A stretch of DNA of 61,405 nucleotides, filler included, from Rhabdomonas costata (Eukaryota): the NCBI GenBank assembly GCA_019059605.1. It is 19 parts of 19 records of this genome, joined end to end, with 100 filler letters (N's around TTAATTAATTAA, not from the genome) between each part and the next. Parts side by side here need not be neighbours in the genome. Positions count along the whole stretch, not along the records: positions 32,394 to 35,525 come from JAHMHO010001310.1; positions 35,626 to 38,769 come from JAHMHO010001311.1; positions 38,870 to 42,005 come from JAHMHO010001312.1; positions 42,106 to 45,247 come from JAHMHO010001313.1; 15 more parts are not named here. The stretch is one strand, 5' to 3'. A model generated the notes under the pieces. The model had not been told where the DNA came from, made no database searches, and saw only the letters and a list, made by a program, of their open reading frames with translations. Positions 33,449-45,347 of the stretch are shown in pieces (positions within the stretch are counted from its first letter, which is position 1; each line of letters opens with the position of its first letter). The position numbers and the translations under genes were made by a program.

Positions 33449-35705
33449 CTAAATTGGAAGCCATTGGAACCAGAACAGAGAAACCGTGCGGATACCAGAA
33501 ACAAGGCCGCACCAGACAGTCACAACACCATCGCTCATGCCCGCGGGTTGCACGCATTTCCCTGCTTACTTCACCAAGAACAATAATGCCGCGAAATGTT
33601 GGGGGCAGGCTTATGCGGGCTTCAACGAAGGCTGAAAGCCAGGGGTCACAGCATCAGTGTGACTGTAACCTTCAAGGGATAAAACCAGAGCCTACCCGTT
33701 CCCAACCTCAGCTTTCAGACTTTCACAAACACAGCCCTGCTAAAACATGAAAATAAAGGCCTGAGTGAAGGCTGTCTCTGAACTACAAAAATGGTAGGGA
33801 AGCAATGAACTTGCTCAACATGCAGGCAGCTCCGGCAGGAAGGGTCACCCAACAACGAAGAAAGAGCCTAAGATTAAAAGGCCATCCTAATGTTTCGCTG
33901 CGTCCAACTCTGGCGTGGGGAAATGGTACAGCACCGCATGCCGCCTGTTGGACGCTCCTGCAAATGAAGCAATGGACATAACCAATTCATCACGTTTGCG
34001 GCCGTACAAGCCTTATTCGCACAGGGTATGAGCCAATCCCGACAAAGATCAATACCTTTTTTTACACAAAGCAGCAGAAAGAGTGAGGGCAGTTGGCACA
34101 GAGAGAAAGTGCGTCCATGAGGGGAAAGCGTCAGCGGGTTGCGTGGCCAGCGTACCCCATCCATGAGAGGATGGAACTTGCGCCACCCTCGGCAGGGGCG
34201 ATGGGGTTGTTTGAACTCTTATTTGACCCATGCAAAACCACCTTATGCCTGGGGTTAAGACGAGTTCAAACAGCCCTGCCATCGTTAGAAACCCATACGA
34301 ACACTACCATATCGGTTATCATTCGCACCCTCTCCTCTCCTCTATGAGCGAGCAGTATGCCTGTGTGGGGCTCGCTCGGGATCAGCGCACCCTCCTTTTT
34401 CGCGCGAGCCCCCAAGGGTGGGGGTGTTCCAGGTCTGCAACAGATCTTTCCAGGCGAGAATTTCCAGACGCACGCACAAGGATCGCGCATGATATCAGCC
34501 ACACCGCACATGCATACTCGCCTCTCTGTGCCTTCTCTGCCACAGCACAGACAGCAGTCTCCGTGTATATGCGTGTGTTCGTGGCGATGTTGGAAATCAT
34601 CCTCTGCATGGTGCGGCAAACACCAAACACCAAGTGTCAGCTCAGTTGCTACTGTCTGACGTTTGCTGAACGTGAGCAGGTTATGGACTTGGTGACGAAC
34701 AGCACTCTTCAACCTGTATTGTTTGGATTAGAGGTTGGCTTGGGTGACCTTTTGTGCACAAGGCATTTTCCAGGAGTGTGTTGTCGGGTGCAAACAGAAA
34801 CAGAACCCGCCTTGGGCACTGCTTAAGCAACATCTGTTGCCTTGTTCCATGGACAAGAATCGTTCGCGTGGAAGCGTGGGGGAGAGCGCATACCCGTTAA
34901 CCCGAGGAGGTCTAGACAATGAGGGCGGCCGGTGGGTGCTTGGCATCAATGCCGGAGTAACGTTCCTGACACAGATAAAGCAAGGCAACCAAAAGCGAAA
35001 CAAAAGCTGAAGCGGAGAGTATCGCTAGCAGTTGCTCTCAGAAGCTTGACTCTCCAGTAAGTTATGTGGTGCAATCTCAGCTTTCTATTTCTTTCTATTT
35101 GGAGCTCCGCAGATGCACACAAAATACAAAGACAAAGAAGACAAAGGAAAAATATCGAGGCAGGTGATTACCGGCTGCTGCCACTGAGTCTGTGGTTCGG
35201 AGTCCAACCGGAGGCAAACCCTGAAAAAACGAGGAAAAAACCCATTGTGAGCGCTCAGCATCCGTTGCTCAAAGTCACCGGGTTTCCAATCGACGAAGCT
35301 AGACTGAATTTCAAGTAAGGACAATTTCATCCCCACCACGCCCCCCTGGGTCTGCTGAACCTGAGGATCGCTAATTTTCTTTTCGGTGCCTGAAAATTGC
35401 ACCAAGCAGGCAAGAAATTCTTTCATGACAAAACAGCACAGCACAACGGGAAACCGAAAGGCTTCCATCAGAGAATCAGAGAATTGCAGACACCACCATT
35501 ACACTTACTTATGCACACACACACANNNNNNNNNNNNNNNNNNNNNNNNNNNNNNNNNNNNNNNNNNNNTTAATTAATTAANNNNNNNNNNNNNNNNNNN
35601 NNNNNNNNNNNNNNNNNNNNNNNNNGTGTTTGGGTGGGTGGGGGGAATGCAAGGTGGTGGCTGTGCTTGCCGACGTTTTCGGGGATCTTATCTGTCCCTT
35701 CCCAG

Positions 35706-38265
35706 GGACCGGGATTTGATCAACATGTCGGCGAACATTTTGGGCCGCTTCATCACCGACACCAAGGACACAAACCTCAGGTCATGTCACATCCCTTTCC
35801 CAGCAACTGTTTGGAGCAACAAAGCCTTGTCGTCGTTTGGAAAACACAACTACCGCCTTTGCGAGAATCCACTGGTGTGAAGTTGCGGGGCGATGTGTCA
35901 ACAAGTCGCAATGATTCGCTGTTTTTCTGGTTTTTTGTTGCCCAGGTACCTTGGGCTGTCCACAATGGCTCGGCTGGCCTACTGCTCGGAGGTATGACTG
36001 TTCGCTTGACTGTTCCACCGATGGTCATCGAATTCGGAACCTTTTGAGGGTTTTCTTAAGGGAAAAGCGAGTTTGGCGTGATCTATTCGGAAGTGCATGT
36101 AATCACAGGGTGACGCCATGGACCACATCCGCAAGCATCAGCAGACCATTGTGCTGAGCTTGAAGGACTCCGACATCAGCATCCGCCGCCGGGCGCTCGA
36201 CTTGCTGTACTGCATGTGCGACCGCTGCAATGCCGGCGAGATCGTTGGGGAGCTTCTGGAATATCTCACCGTGGCTGACTTCAACATCCGGGAAGATCTG
36301 GTGTGGAGCTCGTGCCGTGCCTCCCGTGGCGCTGTAGTCACCGAGGGCTTGAAACCGCAATGCGTGAGTATCACTTCGTCTCCTCGTTGCACACCATAAG
36401 GTCAGGTGTGGTGCATGAGACGCCCCCCTCCCCATACGCAGACCCTACCTTGGATATTGGGCCACAGAGTATGACCACACCAAAATCTATTCTTGTCAAT
36501 TGGAGTCCCATTGGACACGTGCACCCCCCCCCCCTGTGTGATAAGCGCAAAAAGTGAGTAGCAACGCAAGGCAAAAGTGAAAACCAGTGGTCGGGGGGTA
36601 TCTTTTGTAACAGCCACAAGCTCATACCCACCGTTTTTCCTCTCGGTGTTCAAGAGGTCGGAGAGTGTGCAACCGCTTTCTCAATGACCACATGATAAGG
36701 TTAGCAGAAAGAACTGACGGTGGGGTCGGAAGGAAGTCTTCAACGGAGAGTCGACCCAAAAGCACCCACACCCACAGGTACTCAAGATCGCCATCCTCTC
36801 CGAGAAGTTCGCGATTGAGTTCTCGTGGTACGTCGACGTGATTATGAACGTGATCCAGCAGGCCGGCGACTTCGTCTCCGACGACGTGTACTACCGCGTC
36901 GTGCAGATCATCACAAACAACGAGGAGATCCAGAGGCACTCTGCCGACATTTGCTTCAAGGAAGGCCCCCAACCCCTTCAATCCCCACCCAACACTCCTC
37001 TCAGAGTTACGTTTTTTTGTTTGCCGCTGTTCTTTATGGAAGACATCGACCCTGAACTCCTGTTATCTTTTAAAATATTAGTGTTCTTGCTGTTAACTCC
37101 CTCCTGGCATCTTTTGGTGTTTCATATATAAGCCAGGTGGTGGACCGTGACCCCGCTTGCCAAGGGTTTCGGCGCTTTGTGCCCCCTTTTCCTTGCCTGT
37201 GCCTCGCGGGGCATAGGCAGTGCAGTCCTCCGCGGCTCACGAAGTGTGTGTGAATGTGGTGGGGTACATCCTTGGAGAGTTTGGCTACCTCATCTCCGAC
37301 CTCCCAGATCAAGGGTAAGCAGCACTCCCCCCCCCCCCGTGGTATTCACGGGGTCGTTGCAACTCACTTCTCATTGCTTCCTTACAGGCCACTTTCCCTC
37401 TTCGTGTGCAGTGGTGCTTGACCTTGAAAAGGGAAAACGGTTGCAAAATATAAACTATTTTTGATGGACCACACGATTGCGCTTCTCCTGGGTTCGACCT
37501 TCTATCCAGGCCAATGCAGCAGTTCAACGCGCTGCACAGCAAGTTCCCCTTTGTCTCCAACCCAACACGGGCTATCCTTCTGAACACGTACATGAAGTTC
37601 TACAACATGTTCGACGTATGCTTCCCCTGTCACTGAGTCCCCGGGTCTCCGCACTGTGAGCATTTTATTTCGTACTCTGGGACAAAAGCTGAAAAACAAT
37701 TCCCTGAATGTCATGCCTGCACAATTGGGGAATTCAGGAATTCATGCCTGTCATTCCTGCACTACTCACTTTGACTTAGTCACCGCACACACATGTATGT
37801 ACAAAAATCTCGCGTCATTACTTTGTCGAGTTTTGGGGGGAACGGGGAGTATTTTCGACATCCGCTGAGCTTCTTTTCGTCTCGGACAACCCATGGAATC
37901 GAATGGGTACCCCCACTTTGGTCCACATCGGACCGCATACACAGGACCACATACACCTTGCGCGGGAGCTCGGGAGCTCCGAAGGTGGGGTGCAAAAGTC
38001 TCAAGCGCGTCACGGACAGTGGATCACATACCGGACAAAGCAAAGGGTGAGGTACGATGTCCCATGTCCCTGGTTGGGTTACTCACCTCACCTTTGCCGT
38101 ATGAGTGGATGTGCTTTGGAGTGGCTGCGGGGGTTTCAGAATCCTCCTCTTCGCGAGAAGATCATCAAGGTCTTCGACGAGAACAAGACTCACCTGGACG
38201 CTGAAATCCAGCAGCGGGCGACGGAGTACCGCGTCCTGGCCACCAGCATCAGGGAAGACATCGTG
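35706..38265 (+). CDS. AP2A: AP-2 complex subunit alpha (alpha-adaptin), seven internal exons (partial)
   Basis: Exons 35706-35780, 35946-35991, 36109-36300, 36778-36960, 37217-37314, 37510-37615 and 38140-38265: LGRFI..DTNLRYLGL../[23 protein letters not shown]../[38 protein letters not shown]../GYILGEFG../[21 protein letters not shown]../[11 protein letters not shown]. Confidence 0.97.
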
Positions 38266-39427
38266 GTGTGTTCCGCTGCGTTCGTGTGTTTGGGTGGTGA
38301 CGGATCAGCAGATCTAAGGGTGAGTCGTTGTATTTTTCACTGCCACTCGAGTGAACGGCAGAAGGTGCCCCAGAGCCTGGGAGCAAGCGGCCTTTGTGAA
38401 GCCTTTTTGAAGCCCTTCACATGATGGCTAGGAAGGATACGAAACCTTTTGCTGCTTCTGTCAACATTGATGTGTTGTACAGTGGTTCGGTATTAGTGTT
38501 GAAGTTGTGATTGTCTGCTGTTCTCTCTTTGTCTCCTTTCCTTTCCTGTGCTGACGGCTCCTCTTCGCTGTGTATTCCCTGGCAGCACAGAGCCATAATC
38601 ACAGACATTCGCTCTCGAGACCCCTCTCACGGTGTGCCTGTGCTGTGTGTGTGTGTGTGTGTGTGGATGGGCACGGCGCACACTCTCACCCCAATGCCCT
38701 TCGTGTCGTCCAGCACGAACAGCAGCACCGTGAACGCGCCAAAAAACCAACAGGTGTGCAAACAACCACNNNNNNNNNNNNNNNNNNNNNNNNNNNNNNN
38801 NNNNNNNNNNNNNTTAATTAATTAANNNNNNNNNNNNNNNNNNNNNNNNNNNNNNNNNNNNNNNNNNNNGGTGCAGTTTGCTGATGTTGTCGTTGCGTTT
38901 CTTTGAATTTTTTTTTTTGCCTATTTGGGCTATCTCTGCCTATATTCAGCTATTTTTTTTACCTAAATTTTGGCTAATTTTGAGCATTTTCTGGTCTTTT
39001 TAGGTCAAATTTTGACCCCCCCCTCTAATGGCTCTGCCTAGTTAAGAAGAAGCCCCGTAAGCCCAGTAAACACTCCAGTGCTACGCTTCGTGTTCCAAGA
39101 CATCCTAGACATCCAAGGTTGCATGTGCAAAGTCCTCCAGCCTGGCCCATCCTCTGTCTCTTCTCCATTCTTTCATCCTTTCGAATCCACTATTGGAAGC
39201 TCAGGTGGAAAGCAAGCTTCAATTCAAGTCAAATTCTTGGAGATATGGGCTGGTTTACTTTACCCCCCGAAAGAATATTGTTAGTCTGCTTGAAGAACTT
39301 TTGGCCCACCATCATTAATTCAGACCACTTCTGGTTCCTTGTGGGTGTGGGGGGGAGTCCAAGACATAGCGTCACTACCTATTGAGGGCTTGCCGACGTG
39401 TTTTGCACGGTGAGCACCGCAACGCAG

Positions 39428-39826
39428 GTTCTCTTCCCCGGCTATTTAACAGCGGTTGTGTTCTTGAGGTGCGGGGAGATGCACGTCACCTGGGTCTCCG
39501 CTCTTGTATCGCGCAGCTATGCTCTGAACTTGCTGTGGGCGGTGGGGTGCACTGTGGCAGTGCTTGTCGCGGTGCCCTCCGACCTTCCCTGTCCACAGTG
39601 GGGCTACGGCTTGGCCGTGGCGGTGGGCTTCTGTTTGCTTCTGTGGGAGCCCCTCGTGTGTGCAGTTCTGGCCGTGTGGAGGCCCCGCTGGGGTGGCCTT
39701 CACCACGCCCACACCCGCAACTCTGCACTGGGCGTGCACCCAGCTGCTGGTACGGATGGCAAGGCTCCGTCAGCCTTGCCGCCATCACAGCAACAACCAG
39801 CAGCCCCCTCTGCAAGCCCTTCTTAG
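39428..39826 (+). CDS. Probable terminal exon of a multi-pass membrane protein
   Basis: cgcag|GTT CTC... open to TAG, with several hydrophobic stretches (YALNLLWAVGCTVAVLVAVP, YGLAVAVGFCLLLWEPLVCAVLAVW). Confidence 0.45.
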   Translation, partial: VLFPGYLTAVVFLRCGEMHVTWVSALVSRSYALNLLWAVGCTVAVLVAVPSDLPCPQWGYGLAVAVGFCLLLWEPLVCAVLAVWRPRWGGLHHAHTRNSALGVHPAAGTDGKAPSALPPSQQQPAAPSASPS

Positions 39827-41334
39827 TGATCCAGTTTCACAGTCCAGCTCCAAATCCGGCGCCCTATCGGTGGGGCAGCAGGGTCAGTGTGTCGCTGTGT
39901 TGTAGTGTTGGAACAGTGTTATAGCGCCTCGCACGGCCGCCCGTGGTTCCGTGCCATCCCACAACACTCACAGAATCGTCTGTCACAATCGTCTCAGTGA
40001 ACGCTGTTGCTTGTCCCGTTGGAATATATCCCTTTCTGAGTTCTTTGTGTCCCAAATGCCGTGCCCCCATCCTTTCCTTTTGCTTGCTGAACTTCGCTGA
40101 ACTTGCGCCTTGCTTTTCCTCGCTTGTCCCACGCGTTGCGCGCGGGACTTTGAAGGGGATGGGGAGTTTTGATTCTCCTCATTCCTTTTCTGCCATCTCC
40201 TTTTCTGAATGTCCCTGAAGCCTTTTTCCAGTCGCTTCCGTCCCCCGCGCCCGGGATACACCGGGATATACCGGGATTCCCTGCTCTGGCAGAATGACAT
40301 CCCGGCTTCACCCACTTCACCCACGGGTCCCTTTCTTCGCTGAATTTTGGGCCGTACATTCACCATAACATCATCGTCATCGCGCCCCTCCACAGGCGCA
40401 CTCATTCCACAACTGTGGTCACCCGCATGCATCCAGGAGTATTGCTGTGCTCTTTTGCTGTGCTTGGCCTGCCTGGCTGCCTCCCATCAGATTGCTCTTG
40501 TCTCCGAATGTCACGCATTGTTCTGGTTTTCTCTTTTGTATTTTCTTGTTCGTTCTGAATTCTTTTGGCGGGGTTGCGCAGCTCTTCGGCTTCACCCGCC
40601 TTCCCTTCGTTTCTTGCGTGTGTGCCACCACTGGCCAGTGCTCAAGGACAGGCTGAGTGGCTCTGGCAACCTCACTGTGCCGCACGGACTGTGCCGCGCA
40701 GTATTCTCGCTTTCCTTTCATCCCCTGCTTCTGGTTAGGTAACATGTAATCGGAGAAATGGCACGGGATTAGCCTCTTATTTGTAACGGTGCGATTTTCA
40801 CCCTGTGAATGCATCGCTGATTGCCTCTACGGTGTTTGAGGATATTCTCCGAAGCGGCGGCCATAATGGAGCGATGAAGTGACGATTCCTTTTGCGGATA
40901 CGCGCGAAGGAAGTGGGAGGGGAAGTGGGCAACAAGTCTGCCCGCTGTGAGGCGCGCGCTGAGTATGAGTCAACTCTGCTCAGTGAAGACGATGCTCCTC
41001 TCCTCGCATCCAACACAAAGGTGAAGGTTCGACATTCAGGCCGCCGCATTGATAAAGGAAACCAGGTGAGAAATTGCTTGCACGGAGACGGGTTTCCGCT
41101 AGCCACTGGAGCTGGCTTGTACTCCTCTTATTGCAGGCTTTTCCGCCCCACGCCACCCCTTTTTTTGTTGAGTGGCTGGTTGTACACCAATTCCTGTTCG
41201 TGTCGGTGGGTACGTGGTACGTGCATTCCTTTGTGTGTGTCGGCATCGACCTCAGGCAGCCAAGACGTGTTCAGACCTCTCTCTTTCTGATGTGTAACCT
41301 TCCCACGAACTACTCGCGCCCGCGCCTTCTCCAG

Positions 41335-41740
41335 CGCTCCGTGCGGGACCCGGTGGCGGAAATCCTGTGCGCTGTTGCCCGTGTGCGCGGATGGTGGGGA
41401 AAGGTCAGTCCCAACAAAGCCAAGTTCCACTTGCGGCACGCCGCGAAATGCTCTGAAGTGGCCCAGTGCCTGCTGCAGCTGTGGTTTCCTGGTCCTGCTG
41501 ACATGAAACAGGGCCAGGCGGAGAGTGACTCTGCGCTTAGCCGGCTGTCTGGCATGGCGAAAGCTGGGGATGCCCTTGCACAATGGTCGCTGGGGTACAC
41601 CATGGACTTGGGGCCAGAGATCGCGCCTGCGGTGGCCATGGACCAGGCTCAGGGCTTTTCATGGTGCGTGCAGGCTGCCTCGCAGGGCTTGGCCATGGCG
41701 ATTAACACGCAGGCGTTCCATCTGGATAGCGGACTGGAGG
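41335..41740 (+). CDS. Exon of a Sel1-like-repeat protein (partial)
   Basis: AKAGDALAQWSLGYTMDLG..DQAQGFSWCVQAASQGLAMAINTQAFHLDSG fits the Sel1 pattern (A..G...AQ..LG..Y..G....D...A..W...AA.QG...A). Acceptor ctccag at 41334; the 3' end is uncertain. Confidence 0.75.
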
Positions 41741-42105
41741 GAAGCCTGCTCGGGGCGAGGCTGCTTTTCTGGGCTCTTGCTACCTCCCTGCCAAAGCTTG
41801 GTTGAATTCTTTGTTACGGATTCAAGCTATTTTAAATAGCCCCCCTATCTGGCTTCTCGCAGGATTCGAGTTGTACTCTAAAACTTGTTTTTGCTGAGCA
41901 GGGCCACCCAACCTCACGCCTAACCCATGTGCGCGTGCGAATGCCTCCGTATGCGGGGCCCAATTCCTGCATGGTCCCTCCCTGGTTGGTAGCCCACCCA
42001 ACACANNNNNNNNNNNNNNNNNNNNNNNNNNNNNNNNNNNNNNNNNNNNTTAATTAATTAANNNNNNNNNNNNNNNNNNNNNNNNNNNNNNNNNNNNNNN
42101 NNNNN

Positions 42106-43561
42106 GGGGGGGGGGGCTTCGGGGCTGCTCAACCTGATCAACTCTGGTTGATCTGAGCACGGACTCTTTTGGTATCTGCAAAATTCTTGGCGTGACTGTG
42201 CCTGGAGCTCTCTTAACAACACTTGCGCTGGATGTGGTCATGACTGTCGACAAAATGGTCCTCTTAGGTGTGGCGGGAGAGGCCCTGCCTCATGCCCCCA
42301 TTAGTTTGACTGATCTACACTCTTCTGAAATTCTCCAACTGACACCTTCGGCACACTTCTCTGAACCAACTCCGTCTTAGCCAATTAGCAATCCCTATAA
42401 AAGTAGTACTTCCACAATACATACACACTATTAAAGGGACCTGCGGCTTTGCGTTCTCCAAAATTGAACTCGGAAAAGGTGAATGCTGCACTACTTTGTG
42501 GCTGTGAAGTGGGAAGAAAACATTAAAGACCTCGCCGGAACTGTTGCTGCTAACGTTGGCTGTGTCACAATTTTGAACAAGTTTGCACTTCTCTGCACCT
42601 CACTTACGTTAACCGCCATACCTCTGGAAACTGTGGATGGTGCACCGCTGATATTTCTTGCTGTAGAGGTTAAAAGACTGTACTCCACTAAACATGTACC
42701 AATAACGTATGGCATCTATATCCATTGCAGCACCCCCCTCCGCGATTCCTCTTTGAACAGCGCCCTCTGTAACCAATCAGTCACCTGTGGAGTGAGTCTC
42801 GGATTTCTGAAATACTTACAGGCTCTATCCATCGCCTGTAAGTGTCCGCGGATTCTTCGCCGTTACTTTCGCCTGGATGTCCCCTTCCAAACCTCTGACA
42901 AACAGATACTGCAAAATAGTTTCGTTGCCAAACTTCGTCTCATTCAACAGATTCATCCAGTTCACAAAATGCTGATGGTAGAAATGGAAATTCCCTCCGA
43001 CATCTTCAATTTCTCCAACCCACACACTACATTGTAGTCCAACGCTTGTGCACACAGCCGCCTCTTCAACGTTTCTACAAACTCTTTTCAGTATGTAAAG
43101 ACTTGACCTGGCGAAACAATTCCTCTGTAATGTGCACCCAAGGCTCCTGTGGCATAAATGATCGCAACTTGATCTGGAAGCCTGCAAAAGTCCTTCAGCT
43201 CTTCTGCCGACACAAGCCACGGTAGGAAATTAGCTGGGTTCCCATCGTACTTTTGGAACTCTGTATATTTACCCTTCATTTTCAGCAATGCTACCAGCGC
43301 CTCTGGAATTGCAGAAGCTGGCGCTCCTCCTCCACTCTGTAAACCTTAGTCTCAGGGTCCAGCAACCACTCTCCGCAGCAACTCCTGTGTAAGATCGTTA
43401 TTGGCCCGCTGCTTCTGCTCCATGCTCTGAAAAAATGATACCATTTTGGTTAGAGAAGTCTGCTGTGTCATCTGTGGTGCAGGGGCTGCGCTCGGCTTTG
43501 GATATGGCGGATTTACTGACATCAAATCGGAACCCATCTCTGGATTTGGGCTGACCTCCAC
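42106..43561 (-). pseudogene. Degenerate gag of an LTR retrotransposon (Ty3/gypsy-like)
   Basis: KYDGNPANFLPWL..., EFVETLKRRL, YLFVRGLEGDIQAKV and AMDIDAIR (PMD/ELD-type gag motif), interrupted by stops and frameshifts, downstream of a PBS. Confidence 0.8.
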
Positions 43562-43917
43562 TCAGGAGCGTGAATTAGATGAATTCAACCCCTCTGAAAT
43601 CAATCGTCCCTGAATTCTGTTGACTCTGTCGCCTGATGCCGAACTCTGAAACCTGCCCGCAACCTGTAGATGGTTATTACACACAGGTCCTTATGGACTT
43701 GCTGCTACCACACTCAAAGACGCGGATCTGAAAGTTTGGTCTGATATTTTCCTGGTGCACCCTGGAATCAACCTGCACCACGTGTCACTAAATCACTGCC
43801 AACTCTGCCCAAATTAGGCAGCACACTTCCCTGTTACCACGTGCCAAAACGTGGCATGTGGTGATCCAACCCAGAACCGCGCTCCTCGTGCCTCACAGGG
43901 CTTCCTTGACTTATCCA

Positions 43918-43927
43918 TCTGCTACCA
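43918..43927 (-). promoter_or_regulatory. Primer-binding site complementary to the initiator tRNA-Met 3' end
   Basis: The minus strand reads ...GTGTTACA CC TGGTAGCAGA. TGGTAGCAGA is complementary to the ...UCUGCUACCA end of AGCAGA-type eukaryotic tRNA-iMet and lies 2 nt after a CA LTR end. Confidence 0.8.
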
Positions 43928-43929
43928 GG

Positions 43930-44234
43930 TGTAACACACCAACGATATTGCGGGAACACTTACGTGACTCCTACATCTGGAGGTGGTAATGCCTATGGAT
44001 TCTTCTCGCGTTGGACTGTATCCCGACATTGCTTGCACAAGGTGGACGCTGCCTCGACTTACCTAGGTAACTCGCGCCTAGACTGTGGCTTCCATTTTTC
44101 AATTCCCAGGGGTCGCTGTGGAGCTGCTTTCATTGGGCGTCGCCTTTCTGCAATGGTGGGTGGAGCCGACCACTTGCCTTCACCAAGCCGGTTTGGAATC
44201 TGGAAACATTTTTGTGCACAGCTGGGGTGTGACA
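43930..44234 (-). mobile_element. Putative 5' LTR (305 bp)
   Basis: Minus-strand termini TGTCACACCCCA...TGGTGTGTTACA form an imperfect inverted repeat (10/12) and abut the PBS. The outer boundary is inferred from the terminal repeat only. Confidence 0.6.
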
Positions 44235-44652
44235 TACACGTGTGGCTCTTGGTTGGGATTCTCTGGACACAGGTGGTGTCGAATTGTCGGGCCTTATGGC
44301 TCACACATTCTGGGCTGTGGATGTGTTCCGCCTGGAGGGTCTCGCCGCTTATGCCTTTATCCGATTTCAACCCAAAGAGAAGGATATGGAATGGGCACAC
44401 GACTGCACACACCATGTCCTGTGTAACTCTGCAGCGCTCCCACACCCACACGCTTTGCAAATGCACCGCCCCCTGTACCATCTGCAGGTGACCTCCTGGT
44501 CTCCGCTCGGCTCTGGCCTGCGGAACCTCTGTAACAACAAAAGACAAAAAGCAACGAGAAAACACTATGTAAAATAAAGCTATCTGACGACGTTTTGGAT
44601 TTCTTCAAATCCTAGACAAAAGAATGGACCACTACCTTTCAAACTGCCGCTG

Positions 44653-45153
44653 TGTAACACACCACACTGTCCGTCTTCTCCGCCTGCATTCCATGAGACC
44701 TTGTCTGTGAAAATCCTCTGAAATATCGGCCTCCTCGTCTCTTTCACCTGTGAAACCTCTGGAAAAACGCTGTGAATGCATCCTTCTTCCTCTGAAAAAC
44801 TACGAAAACATACCACCTGAATCGCTGCAGTCGGGTAGTGTGCACTATTTCACTTTCCATGCGGCCTACATACCGTAGCCTTGATCTCTGTATCACACGG
44901 TGTCTTTCCCAACTGCAACTCTATCGGCCATCCGTCTCTCACCTGGCCTTACTCTGCTCTGCTCTCTCGCCCAGCTTTGAATAGGTATCCTGACCTAGCA
45001 TTTGTCCAGGAGCTGGCTCACGATAGGCTGAGATCCTTCTCCGCTCACCTTGCCAACTCTCTTGAAACTGTATGAAACTAGTCTCTGGAAACACCTTGAT
45101 GTCCTGGCTGTCTACCTATGCAATGAAGAACCTTGGTGACCCGGACCGTTACA
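44653..45153. mobile_element. Probable solo LTR (501 bp)
   Basis: Perfect TGTAAC...GTTACA termini flanked by CGCTG / CGCTA (4/5 match, TSD-like). The first 12 nt (TGTAACACACCA) are identical to the end of the neighbouring LTR at 43930. Confidence 0.6.
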
Positions 45154-45347
45154 CGCTATCCTGCTAGGACGGAGAACGTCCCAACAGACGGGCGACGACC
45201 GATCACTAATGACGGTCCCGCTTTGGAAAAATGTGGAAAACCACCACNNNNNNNNNNNNNNNNNNNNNNNNNNNNNNNNNNNNNNNNNNNNTTAATTAAT
45301 TAANNNNNNNNNNNNNNNNNNNNNNNNNNNNNNNNNNNNNNNNNNNN

